Source of the DNA: the human T2T-CHM13v2.0 reference genome, Homo sapiens
Strand: one strand, 5' to 3'
DNA: 64,000 nucleotides
Assembly (NCBI RefSeq): GCF_009914755.1
Contig: NC_060946.1
Each line of letters starts with the position of its first letter. Within the stretch, counting starts at the first letter, position 1. Shown here piece by piece: positions 1 to 11,997 of this stretch. The notes below the pieces were generated by a model. That model was given only the letters and a program-made list of their open reading frames with translations, did not search any database and was not told where the DNA came from. The translations under genes were made by a program, and so were the position numbers.

Positions 1-576
1 ATAAAGCAGGGAATACAGATTGTGCATGGAGTAAAAGCCTTCAATCCTTATTAATAATGATGGTAGCTGCGCTGCAGAAAAGAAAGCCTGTCAGAGTAAC
101 ATGTTCAGTTTTACATCATAATCAGAGGTATGTCTATCTCTGTTGAAGGCAGAATTAAAAACGCCTTCAACGTTTTTAAAATAATAGATGAAAAACATCT
201 CAACGTCACTTTTAAAATTTGAATTGACGATTCCACATAACAGGAAAAGGACCAAGACCATCTTAAATACGTCATGATGGAAGTGATGTTTTAAGTGCAA
301 TTTCATCAAGGAGAAGTTTTTCCAGAAAGTCTTTTGATCAGTAAGAAGCTTATTTACTCTGGTAAATAATTTATCGTAAGATGAGAAAGACTCGATTTTT
401 TAAAAACAATAAAAAATTTACATGGTTTAATCTAATGTTGTGAATTCGAAAGTACTACTTTTGCCCTTACAGTTACGCTTGTGTATTTATATGCATTTTC
501 TTGGTTCATTCAAATGCCAATAAAATACTTTACTATCCAGGCCCCTTAAAAGCCAAATTAATTTCTAAAAGTGAGG

Positions 577-1970
577 ATTGTATGTATGCTGTGAGGTGTG
601 CGCAGGTGTATGTGTGTGATGTGTATGTATGGTGTGTGTATGTGGTCTGTGTGTGTAGTAGGTTCATGGGGTATGTATATGTGTGTGTAGTGTGTATTGT
701 GGGTGTTATGTGTGTATACTGTGTGTAGTTTGTGGGTGGTGCATGGTGTGTATATGTGCTGTGTTTATGGTGTATGTGTGTGTGGTGGGTGTGTACTACA
801 TGTGGTGTGTTGTGCGTGTGATATCTGTGTGTGCAGTTTGTGGTTTATGTGATGTGTGTGTGTATGGTGCTGGGTGTGTGTGTACTGTGTAGGGTTTGAT
901 GTGTGATGAGTGTAGAATGTGTGGTGTGTGTGTGCACAGTATGTGTGGTGTGTATGTGATGTGTGTGCTCTGTGTGTGTGGTGCTATATATACGTGTGCA
1001 GTGTGGGGATTATGTGTGGGGCGTGTGTTTGATGTGTGTGGGGAGTATGGGGTGTGTGTGGTGCTGTATGTGTATGTTGTGTATGTAGTAGATTCGTGTG
1101 TGTGGTGTAGTGTGTGCAGTGTGTGGGGGGTATGCGTGTGTGCAAATTGTGCAATGTGTGGTGTGGGGATGTGTGTGCGTGTGCACATGGTGTGCGTGCA
1201 GTGTGTGTGGTGTCTGGGGTGTGTGTGTGCACATGGTGTGTGAGGGTGTATCAGAGGTGTGCGTGTGTGCACCTGGTGTGTGTGCAGTGTATGTGTGTGT
1301 GGTGGGGTGTGTGCATGTGCACATGGTGTGTGGTGTGTGTGATGTGTGGGGGTGTGTGTGCATGTATACATGGTGTGTGTGCAGTGTGTGATGTCTGTCG
1401 GGTGTGTGTGAGTGTGTACATGGTATGTGTGCAGTATGTGTGGTGTGTGGGGGTGTGTGCGTGTATGCGTGGTGTGCTGTGTGCAGTGTGTGTGGTGTCT
1501 GTGGTGTATGTGTGGGGCATGTGTGCTTGTGTACACGGTGTGTGTGGTGTGTGCATGTACACGGTGTGGCCTGTGCAGTGTGGTGGGGTGTGTGTGCGGT
1601 GTGTGGTGTCTGTGTGTGGGGTGTGTGTGCACATGGTGTGTGTGTGGTGTGTGTTGTCTGTGGGGTGTGTGCGTGTGCACATGGTGTGTGTGCAGTGTGG
1701 GGTGTGTATGCGTGCACATGGTGTGTGTGCAGTGTGTGTGGTGTGTTTGTGCACATGGTGTGTGTGCAGTGTGTGTGTGGTGTGTGCACATGGTGTGTGT
1801 GCAGTGTGTGGTGTCTGTGTGATGTGTGCGCATGTGCTCATGAGGTATGTGCAGTGTGTATGGTGTCTGGGTTGTGTGTGTGCATATGGTGTGGTGTGTG
1901 CAGTGGGTGTGGTGTTTGGGGTGTGTGTACAGTGTGTGCGGTGTCTGTGTGTGGGGTGTGTATGCGTGTG
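577..1970. repeat. TG-rich low-complexity/minisatellite array (degenerate ~40-50 bp unit containing GTGTGCACATGGTGTGTGTGCAGTGTGTGGTGTCT)
   Basis: Direct reading: (TG)n-rich with a recurring gtgcacatggtgtgtgtgcagtgtg motif. It generates the spurious Cys/Val- and His/Thr-rich ORFs. Confidence 0.95.
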
Positions 1971-2934
1971 TATGGGGAAAAGAAAGAGATCAGACTGTTA
2001 CTGTGTCTATGTAGAAAGAAGTAGACATAAGAGACTCCATTTTGTTCTGTACTAAGAAAAATTCTTCTGCCTTGAGAGGCTGTTAATCTGTAACCGTACC
2101 CCCAACCCTGTGCTCCCTGAGACATGTGCTGTGTCAAGTCAAGGTTAAATGGATTAAGGGCTGTGCAGGATGTGCTTTGTTAAACAAATGCTTGAAGGCA
2201 CCATGCTTGTTAAGAGTCATCACCACTCCCTACTCTCAAGTACCCAGGGACACAAAACACTGCGGAAGGCCACAGGGACCTCTGCCTAGGAAAGCCAGGT
2301 ATTGTCCAAGGTTTCTCCCCATGTGATAGTCTGAAATATGGTCTCATGGGAAGGGAAAGATCTGACCATCCCCCAGCCTGACACCGATAAAGGTTCTGTG
2401 CTGGGGAGGATTAGTAAAAAGGAAGGCCTCTTTGCAGTTGAGATAAGAGGAAGGCATCTGTCTCCTGCTTGTCCCTGGGCAATGGAATGTCTCAGTGTAA
2501 AGCCCAGTTGTATATTCCATCTACTGAGATAGGGGAAAACTGCCTTAGGGCTGGAGGTGGAATATGCTGGCAACAATACTGCTCTTTAAGGCATTGAGAT
2601 GTTTATGTATATGAACATCAAAAGCACAGCACATTTTTCTTTACCTTGTTTATGATGCAGAGACATTTGTTCATATGTTTTCCTGCTGACCCTCTCTCCA
2701 CTATTACCCTATTGTCCTGCCACATCCCCCTCTCAGAGAAATGCCTGATAATGATCAATAAATACTAAGGAAACTCAGAGACTGGTGCCGGCGTGGGTCC
2801 TCCGTATGCTGAGCGCCATTCCCCTGGGCCCACTTTTCTTTCTCTATACTTTGTCTCTGTGTCTCTTTTCTCAAGTCTCTTGTTCCACCCGATGAGAAAC
2901 GCCCACAAGTTTGGAGGGGCAGGCCACCCCTTCA
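1971..2934 (+). mobile_element. Solo HERV-K(HML-2) LTR5, most likely LTR5B
   Basis: Starts tatggggaaaagaaagagatcagactgttactg and ends ggaggggcaggccaccccttca (LTR5A/B-type end, not the LTR5_Hs ...ccctaca end). Length 964 bp, AATAAA at 2757-2762, 6-bp TSD cgtgtg at 1965-1970 and 2935-2940. Confidence 0.93.
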
Positions 2935-3027
2935 CGTGTGCACATGGTGTGTGTGCTGTTTGTGTGGTGTCTGTGTGTGGGGTGTGTGTGCGTGTGCACA
3001 TGGTGTGGTGTGTGCAGTGTGTGTTAT
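2935..3027. repeat. Continuation of the TG-rich minisatellite after the LTR5 insertion
   Basis: The same gtgcacatggtgtg motif resumes immediately after the TSD. Confidence 0.9.
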
Positions 3028-4344
3028 GAGTGACTGCTTCTCTTAGCATGTGGACATCAGTCTTCCAGACCAGCTTTCTCCATGTGTCTGGGAACATAAG
3101 AAACAAGTTTCTGCAATAATTGTTACACAGCTTTTCCAGAGAGGTACCAAATCTCTGTCGAGAGTGGATATCTGCGTCATTGCAGGAGGGAATGTGATGT
3201 CCTGGTTTGTGTTTGGCTCACACCCTCTGAGGGCTTAGGCAGGGTTCCTGCTGGATCCCTCACTAGCCAGAGACGAGGGCTCTGTTTCACCATAGGGCAC
3301 CAGAAGAGGACTGGTGCGTGGGAAGACCAGGTAATCATAATGGTATTAATAATAGTGGTAATAATACTGTTTTATACATTGTATATGTCATAAGGATTTT
3401 AAATTTCATCTAACATAATTGTTGTAAAAATGTCCCCAGTTTGTTTTGTGCTATTTACTTGGTGTTGAAATATGTAAGAATTTACATTTTAGGTACGTTA
3501 GGTTTATTCCTTTTTATATAGTTTCTGTTTGCAATTTTGATTTTAGAAGACATTCATTCATTCTCAAGGTCATAAAACACAGGTACATCTAATTTTCTTT
3601 TCTTTTCTCTCTCTCTCTCTTTTTTTTTTTTTTACATTTAATACTGGAATTAACTTTTATGTAAGGTGTGGGACCAGGATTCAATTCTATCATTTTATAT
3701 TCTCAAATCATTACCCAATATTTTAACATCATAAATGGAAAAATGGCTCTGTTTTGTGGGTTTAAAATATTACCCTGTTACTAGATAAAATTACACTCAA
3801 TTTCTGTGTTTTTGATTCTCTTTCATTAATGTGTTTATTTTTGTGCCATTTCAAATTTAATTTTGAATAGTAATAACAATCTTAAATATCTTATAGTAAA
3901 TTTTATAAAATTGGCTCTTGTGTGTGTTCAATATGTGGATTTAAAATCACATTTTCTTGTTCGAAAATATTTTTCTTGGAATTTTTATTGGAATTTGAGC
4001 ATATTTTTAAATGATTTACAGCAAACTAAAGAGTTAATATTATTGAGTCCTCTCATCCAGAATGTGACATGCAAATTCTTCAAACCTCCTTTAATGTCAT
4101 TTAGTCAAAATTAATATGTTAAATCAATATAAATTAGTTTAAATGAGTATAACTAATGATTAAAATAAATTAATGTGTTTGGCTCCACGTTTCTGTCTTC
4201 TGCCTTCTATCACTGATGTTTTTTATTCCTATCCTTGTTGTTTTCTACAGTTTCTTTTATTATGTCTTTTTCTGTCTTGTGATGTGAAAACTATATGACA
4301 CATTGTAATGTTTTATTTTTTCTAATTTTTTGCTCTTAATTTTA

Positions 4345-4586
4345 ACTAATTTTATTTTTTAGAGAAGTGCGGGTTCACAGCTAAACGGAGCAGAGAGTAC
4401 AGACTTCTCATATGTCCCTTTCCCCACACACAGCCTCCCCACTACAGCTTCCTGCTTCACAGGAGCACACCTGTGACAACCAGGAACCTACCTTGACCCT
4501 TCATTATCACTCAAAGCTTACAGTGCACATTCATACTTATTTACTCTTCACATTGTGCTTTCTGAGTCATGACAAAAGTATAATGG
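4345..4586 (-). mobile_element. L1MC-type (L1MC1-like) 3' end, antisense
   Basis: tttttagagaagtgcgggttcacagctaaa...gaacctaccttgacccttcattatcactcaaag resembles the reverse complement of the L1MC1 3' UTR (from memory). Confidence 0.7.
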
Positions 4587-4886
4587 CAATGGGATATTAT
4601 TCACCGCTAACAGGAGATGATCTATCAAGCCACAAAAAAATACACGGAGGAAACTTAAATGCATATTGCTAAAAGAAGAAGCCAATCCGAAAAGTCTACG
4701 TACTGTTCGATTCCAATTATATGACGTTCTGGAAACGGTGAAACTATGGGAACAGTAGAAAGATCAGTGGTTGCCATGGACCAAGGGGAAGGAAGAGATG
4801 GATACACAGAGCACAGAGAATCTTCATGGCAGTAAAACCATTCTGTATGATACTGTAATGGTAGATATATACATTTGTAAAAATCT
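4587..4886 (+). mobile_element. L1MC-type fragment, sense (inverted relative to the adjoining piece)
   Basis: ggaggaaacttaaatgcatattgcta...gaagccaatccgaaaag...agatcagtggttgcc...ctgtatgatactgtaatggtagata is typical L1MC 3' UTR sequence. Confidence 0.7.
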
Positions 4887-4908
4887 ATCTTGACTTTTAA
4901 TCTTTTAA

Positions 4909-5219
<311 letters not shown>

Positions 5220-5244
5220 GTTTTTGTTTTAAGAACTGCAGACA

Positions 5245-5550
5245 AGCTGGGTGCAGTGGCTCAAGCCTGTAATGGCTGCACTTTTGGAGGCTGAAGTGGC
5301 TGGATTGCTTCAGCCCCGGAGTTCAAGACCAGCTGGGCAACATAGTGAGATCCCGTCTCTACAAAAAAAGTATTAAAAAAAATAGCCAGGCATAGTGCTG
5401 CATGCCTGTACTCCCAGCCACTCAGGAGGCTGTGGTAGAAAAATCACTTGACCCAGCAGTTTGAGGCTGCAGTGAGCTATCATCATGCCACTGCACTCTG
5501 GCCTGGGCGACAGAGCGAAACCCCATCTCAAAACAAAGAACAACCAAAAA
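5245..5550 (+). mobile_element. AluJ
   Basis: ggattgcttcagccccggagttc, gcaacatagtgagatccc and gaggctgcagtgagctat are AluJ features; A-rich tail. Confidence 0.88.
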
Positions 5551-6659
5551 CCTACAAGCCTACTCAGAGATATTGTGGGTTTGGTTCCAGACAACTGCAA
5601 TAAGGCAAATGTTACAACCAAAAACTTACAAGCACACCTCAGAGATATTGTGGGTTTGGTTCCAGACCACTGCAATAAGGCAAATGTTACAATCAAGTTA
5701 GTTGCATAAATATTTTGTTTCCCAGTGCTTATTAAAGTTATGCTTAAACTATATTGTAGTCTAATGAGTATTTAATTATTAATTAGTAATTAATAGCATG
5801 TCTGAAAAACTGTGTACATACCTTAAGTTAAAATACATCAGTGCTAAAAAACGCTAATGAATATCTGAGCCTCACCAAGTCATAATCTTTTTGCTGGTGA
5901 GGGTCTTGCCTCTATATTGATGACTGCTGGCTAATCAGTGTGGGGGCTGCTGAAGGTTGGGTGTCTGTGTCAATTTCTTCAAACAATGAAGTTTATTCCT
6001 TTCACAAAAGATTTCCCTGTAGCATGTGATGCTGTTTGACAGCATTTTATCAACAGTAGAACTTTTTTCAAAATTAGAGTAAACCGTCTCAAACCCTGCT
6101 GCTGCTTTATCAACTAGGCTTATGGAATATTCTAAATCCTTAGTTGTCATTTCAACAATGTTTGTAGCATCTCCACCTGGATTAGATTCCATCTCAAGAA
6201 AATATTTTCTTTGCTCGTCCATAAGAAGCAACTCCCTATTTGTTCAAGTTTCATCATGAGTTTACAGCAATTTCATCTCACCTTAAGGCCCTAATTCTAA
6301 TTCTAGTTGTCTTGCGATTTCTACCACATCTGCAGGGACTTCCTCCACTGACATCCTGAGCCCTCAAAGTCATCCATGAGGGCTGGAATCAACTTCTTCC
6401 AAACTCCTGTTAATGTTAATATTTCAACCTCCTCCCATCAATCACAAATGTCCTTAATGGCATTTAAGGATTGCTATTAAGGACATTTGTGATTCACGGG
6501 AGGAGGTTCAAATATCATGAAAGGATTAATGGTGAATCCTTTCCAAAAGGTTTTCAATTCAGTTTATCCAGATTCATCAAAGAAATCACTATCTATGATA
6601 GCTATACCTTTACAAAATGCATTTATTAATTAATAAAAACACTTAAAAGTCAAAACCAC

Positions 6660-7428
<769 letters not shown>

Positions 7429-7832
7429 AAGCAACAATCTTTTTAAAGGAATCACTTTTTTTTCTGAGCAGTAGGTCTCAATATTGGGATTAAAATATTC
7501 AGTAAACCATGCCATTAACAGAAGTGTTGTCACCCAGACAGTGATGTTCCATTTCTAGAGCACAGAAATAATAGATTTTGCATAATTCTTAAGGGCCCTG
7601 AGATTTTCAGAGTGGTCAATGAGCACTGGCTGTAACTTAAAGTCACCAGCTGCAGTGGTCCTCAGAGTCAGCCCATCCTTTGAAGTTTTGAAGCCAAACG
7701 TTGACTTCTCTCTAGCTATGAAAATTCTACATCTTCACTAAGCTTGATCATTTCTAGCTCTGGACTTCAAGTGAGAGACGTGCAAGTCTTCCTTTCATTT
7801 GAGTTCTTTGAGGCCACTGTGGTTACTAATTG

Positions 7833-8577
7833 GCAACCCCAGTGGGTGTCACCCTCCTCCCTCCTCTATCGAGTTCACCCATAACAGGGCGTGGGGAACA
7901 GCGCTTCTGACACCGCACATGCCCTGCGCGCCTGGGGCTCTCCCACAGGGGGTTTCGTGAGCCAGGCAGCAAGGGCCATCCCCCTGCTCCAGCCCAGCCA
8001 GGCTGCGCAGGCAGAAGGACTCTCCCAACCTGCCCGGGCATGTGGGGCTTTATGTTCCCTGCCTTGGCTCCTCCGGAACTGGGGCTCTCCCATCCTCAGA
8101 CTCCCTGGTGGCCTCCACACCCCAACAAATGACAGGAAGACCAGAAACCGCTGCGGGAGGGCCTGCTGGGCACGTGCTCATTTTGGGCCCCCTCAAGCTG
8201 AGTCACAGGGGCAAGGTGTGCTTGTGCCACCCGCGTCCCACCGGAATCCGTGGTGGGGCTGGAGCCCCAGGTCGCCAGGGCGGCGTGGGAACCCGAAGAC
8301 GGGGCAGCTCCACCTCCGGAGATCGCGACCCCGGAGGCCTCCGCGTCAAGAACAGATGCCAGCCATCCAGGCGCCTCCCAACCGCTCCAGGAGCCGGGGA
8401 GCTCGTCTGCACTCACCTCCAGCCTGTTAGATGAGCTCCTGTCAACCCCAGAGTTTCAGCAAAAGGCACAACATTTCCTAGATCCGGCGCACTGGGGGAG
8501 CTGAAGGACGTGGAAGAGCCCGCTTTGCTGGAACCACTCCTCAGCCAGGACGAACACTGGGCTCTGCTGGAGGAGCA
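7833..8577 (+). pseudogene. DUX4-like pseudogene fragment (post-homeodomain and C-terminal transactivation region only; frameshifted)
   Basis: Translated pieces across several frames match DUX4: [117 protein letters not shown]. No homeobox or ATG upstream; Tigger1 abuts at ~7832. Confidence 0.93.
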
Positions 8578-10025
8578 GGTTGGGGAGGGGTTGGGGCGGG
8601 CTGGGGGCAGAGCGGCGGCCTCTCTTTTGCGGTGAACCTCAGGCTTGGTATGGAGAGGCGTGCCTTCCCTTCCAGCTGACCTGCCTAGGATCCCTGAGTT
8701 CCAGGTCCAGCTAGAGACTCCACACAGAGGAGGGCTGTCAAGAATGACAAGAAAGAATTCCTGAGCATCCTGGGGATCCCAGGGCCGGTCCAGGTACCCG
8801 GAAGTGGGTTGTCTACTGCACATGCGCGGGATTCCAGGCAGCAGCCTAGGTTTTCTAACTAGCCCAGGCGGAGCTCTCATCCCTTTTTCCCCCGTGTTCT
8901 TCAGTCAGGTTGGCGGAGACCTCAGTCCGCGAAACACTGGGCCGGGGCAGAAGCCAGGCCAGTTCTTTCTGTGGCTCGACTCCTCTGCCTCTTCGCTCTC
9001 CATCACTTGCCAACTCTTGTCCCGCCAGCCTCCTTGCCAGCACCATGGAGCGCCTTGCAACTAAATGTAGACCCGAGACCGCGTGCAAACCGAGGTGCTG
9101 CCCTTTCCAGGCAAGAGGGAAGGCAGGCAGAGATGAGGACAGGAATGGAGACAGAGTGAGATGGAAGGATGGAGCTAGGAAAGGATGGGTGGAAGGAGGG
9201 ACCTCGGAAGGGAGAGAAAGAGGGAGGGAGGGAGAAAGGGAGAAAAAAACCGGGGGAGGGAAGGAAGAACAGAGGGAAGGATGGACCGAGGGACAAAAGG
9301 AGCAAGAAACAGAGAACGGAAGGCAGAGAGAAAAACGGTCTTCTGCCTCCAGAACCAACAGGACCCAGCACTCCGGGAAAATGTTGGGTGCCCAGTGCGG
9401 GCTAACTACTGGGCCCACAGCCCCGTTGGCCGGCGGGGGGCTCAGTGGCCCTCTGGATCGCCAGCCTGGGTTACTTCATCCCGGAGCAATTCAGACCAAT
9501 TCCGTTTCCGAAGGAATGAGCGAATTCCCCAGAGAGCAATGAGCCGAGACTCAGGTGGTTGTCTGTTTTTCATCCACATGGTTCACAGATGACATATCCC
9601 CACATTGAGCCCTGCAACAGAGTGCGAGGCGGATAGTCCCATCCACACAGGAGTCACACTTAGGCCAACTGAAGCGTGATTCTGGATTCCATGTTTCTTT
9701 GCCCCTGCAAAGGTTCCTGTTGCTCAAGTTTCTGCCCCCTGAAAGCGTGACCATCTTGACTGTTTGTTTCCCCTGCTCTGTGGGGTCCCAGAAACTTCCA
9801 GGAATGCGTGGAAGACCAGCATTGTGTCAGTGCTCTCCTTTCCAGTTTTCAAACAGGCTATATTGGAGACTCCCCATTTTGCAGGAAACAGGAATCCATC
9901 ATCAGGCCGTGATGTACGGGATGTTTCTTTTCTCTGTGGTTTCGCTCTCGTTGTCTACGTGAAAATGAACGAGATCCACACACCTGCGTGTATGAGAATA
10001 TCACAGCAACTGTGACACCCACGCA
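8578..10025 (+). repeat. Diverged D4Z4 (3.3-kb macrosatellite)-like sequence: 3' end of one unit, KpnI boundary, first part of the next unit
   Basis: gagactccacac...gcatcctggggatcccagggccggtccaGGTACC (KpnI 8793-8798), a GA-rich tract, then ggttcacaga...gagccctgcaac...gaaaatgaacgagatccacacacctgcgtg, all matching D4Z4 (from memory). Confidence 0.88.
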
Positions 10026-10666
10026 CTGGCAATAGAGTTGGCAGCCTGATCCCGGGACTAAGGTACTGATGGACATCCAGACTCACCCACCACAATCATT
10101 AGCAAGCCCACTCCCAAACACACAGACACACATGGGCGCACGCGCGGGAACACAAGCACACACACAGACACAGAAAGACACAGACAGCTTGAAGGAGAGC
10201 AAGGGACAGAGGGATGGAGAGATAGAAACGGAAGGAGAGAGAAACAGCGATCGAGAGAGAGACACAGAGGAACCCGGGAGATTGCGAGAGAGAGAGCAAG
10301 GTGGAGAGGGAAGTAGAGAAAGGGAAAGGGTGAGGGAGCTAGACAGGGAGAGCAACAGAGCCTTGGAGAGGGAGGCTCTATCTGGTAGACAGGGACCCCT
10401 TTGGCCAGGATAGGGTGGAGGGTGTCTGAGACGGGCTGGAACAGGGGGGCAGGGCCGCCCACGCGGGAAAACCAACAGAGCCCTGAGACGTGGTTTTACT
10501 TCGATTGGTTGGTTGTTTTGGGGGTGCGTTTCGTAGCCTCATTCCTTTGTTGGCTCCTCCCTGTCCTCTTGGTGCTGTGGGCCTTAAAAGTTGTAGAGTG
10601 CGCCCCTCACTGTGGCAGAAGCAGTGGCGCTGAGCGTGCCCACGGGTCGCGGCTTGGGCCTCTCTC

Positions 10667-10692
10667 GTTTTCCGGGTGGTATGGCCTTAGAC
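10667..10692 (-). pseudogene. 5S rRNA 5' stub (~25 nt) left after an internal deletion
   Basis: gttttccgggtggtatggccttagac is the reverse complement of the 5S 5' end. A degenerate D-box (10/12 match) lies at 10713-10724. Confidence 0.75.
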
Positions 10693-11542
10693 AATGGCAG
10701 TGGCGCCTGGCTGGCCCAAGAGTCCAGTCCAGCTACGCCCGCCTGATTCCAGGCGTCACCAGCAACCCGGGGCCACAAGGCTGGGATCAGGCACCCCAGA
10801 GCCACTTGCCCCTGGCCGGGCTGCTCTCCCCCTCTACGCCCAAGCACCACCAGTCGCCGCGTTGCGATTTCCGCCGACCTCCCAGAGCATCCTGCTGTCG
10901 CCGGCGGCCAGACCACGTTCGAGACCGCCTAGGCGCCAGAGGCCTCCCTCCCCTGCCAGGGCTCTGGACTCTCCAGGCGACCACCCTCTCGCTGACACTC
11001 CAGGCCTTCCCCCGGCTCTCGAGCTCCAGAGCTTCCAACACCTGGGGCCCGCTCAGGAAGGGGTGTGCTCCGAGGCTTCAGGGCCCAGGGCCCACTGTCC
11101 TGGGGTCCCTTACGGTCCTCCGCCTTGCCGTGGAAAAATTATTTTGGATTCCTTGCTGCCCCTCCTGCAAGGCCCCCTCTTACCCAAACACCCAGAGCCA
11201 CCAGGGCTGACCGGGGTGAACAGCCGGCCCAGCCCCGCGGGCCATTTTTCATACAATGCCTACACAATCGTCACTTGTTCCGACAAGGACCCGCCGTGGA
11301 CAACGGGGCAGGAAGGCTCTGCTTTGCCCCGCGCCAGCACTAGAGCCCCAGCAGCCTCATCCCGGGAAAGAGGGGCTGACGGACACCCAGACACACCCCA
11401 CCACTACCACGAGCAAACCCACCCTGACACACACACGGATACACACGGGTGCACGCGCACAGACACACACACGGACACAGACACACCACACCCGGGCACA
11501 CACACATGGACACATAAAGACACAGACACAGATAGCTTGAAG

Positions 11543-11997
11543 GGAGACCACCCCTCATATTGTTTTATGCCCAATTTCTGCCTCCAAAGAAAGAAGAAGT
11601 AAAATCTAAAAGGCAGAAATGAAATCCACGGGCAGACAGCCCTGCGCCACACCCTGGGCCTGGTAGTTAAAGATCGACCCCTGACCTACTCGGTTATGTT
11701 ATCTATAGATTACAGACATTGTATAGAAAAGCACTGTGAAATTCCCTGACCCGTTTTGTTCTGATCTAATTACCTGTGCATGCAGCCCCCAGTCATGTAC
11801 CCTCTGCTTCCTCAATCCATCACGACCCTCTCAAGCGGACCCCCTTAGAGTTGTAAGCCCTTAAGAGGGATAGGAATTGCTCATTCAGAGAGCTAGGTTT
11901 TTGGAGACGTGAGTCTGCCAATGCTCCCAGCTGAATAAAGCCCCTCCTTCTACAACTCGGTGTCTGAGGGGTTCTGTCTACAGCTCCTCCTGCTATG
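11543..11997 (+). mobile_element. Solo LTR2 (HERV-E/Harlequin-type) inserted in the 5S spacer
   Basis: ggagaccacccctcatattgttttatgcccaatttctgcctccaaag...gaataaagccc...ctcctgctat. 4-bp TSD gaag at 11539-11542 and 11998-12001. The empty site gcttgaaggagagc is visible in the neighbouring unit at ~10187. Confidence 0.87.

Noticed and set aside
1-400. Possible pseudogene exon or hAT transposase remnant (RSFS-like motif near 310)
   Set aside because: The match is too short and frames are closed; not supportable by eye.
501-2055. Long Cys/Val- and His/Thr-rich ORFs (up to 345 aa)
   Set aside because: They are translations of the TG/CA minisatellite, which is stop-poor in all frames.
10401-11602. 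269-aa and 302-aa ORFs
   Set aside because: They lie in GC-rich 5S spacer, have no recognisable domain, and overlap other ORFs in several frames.
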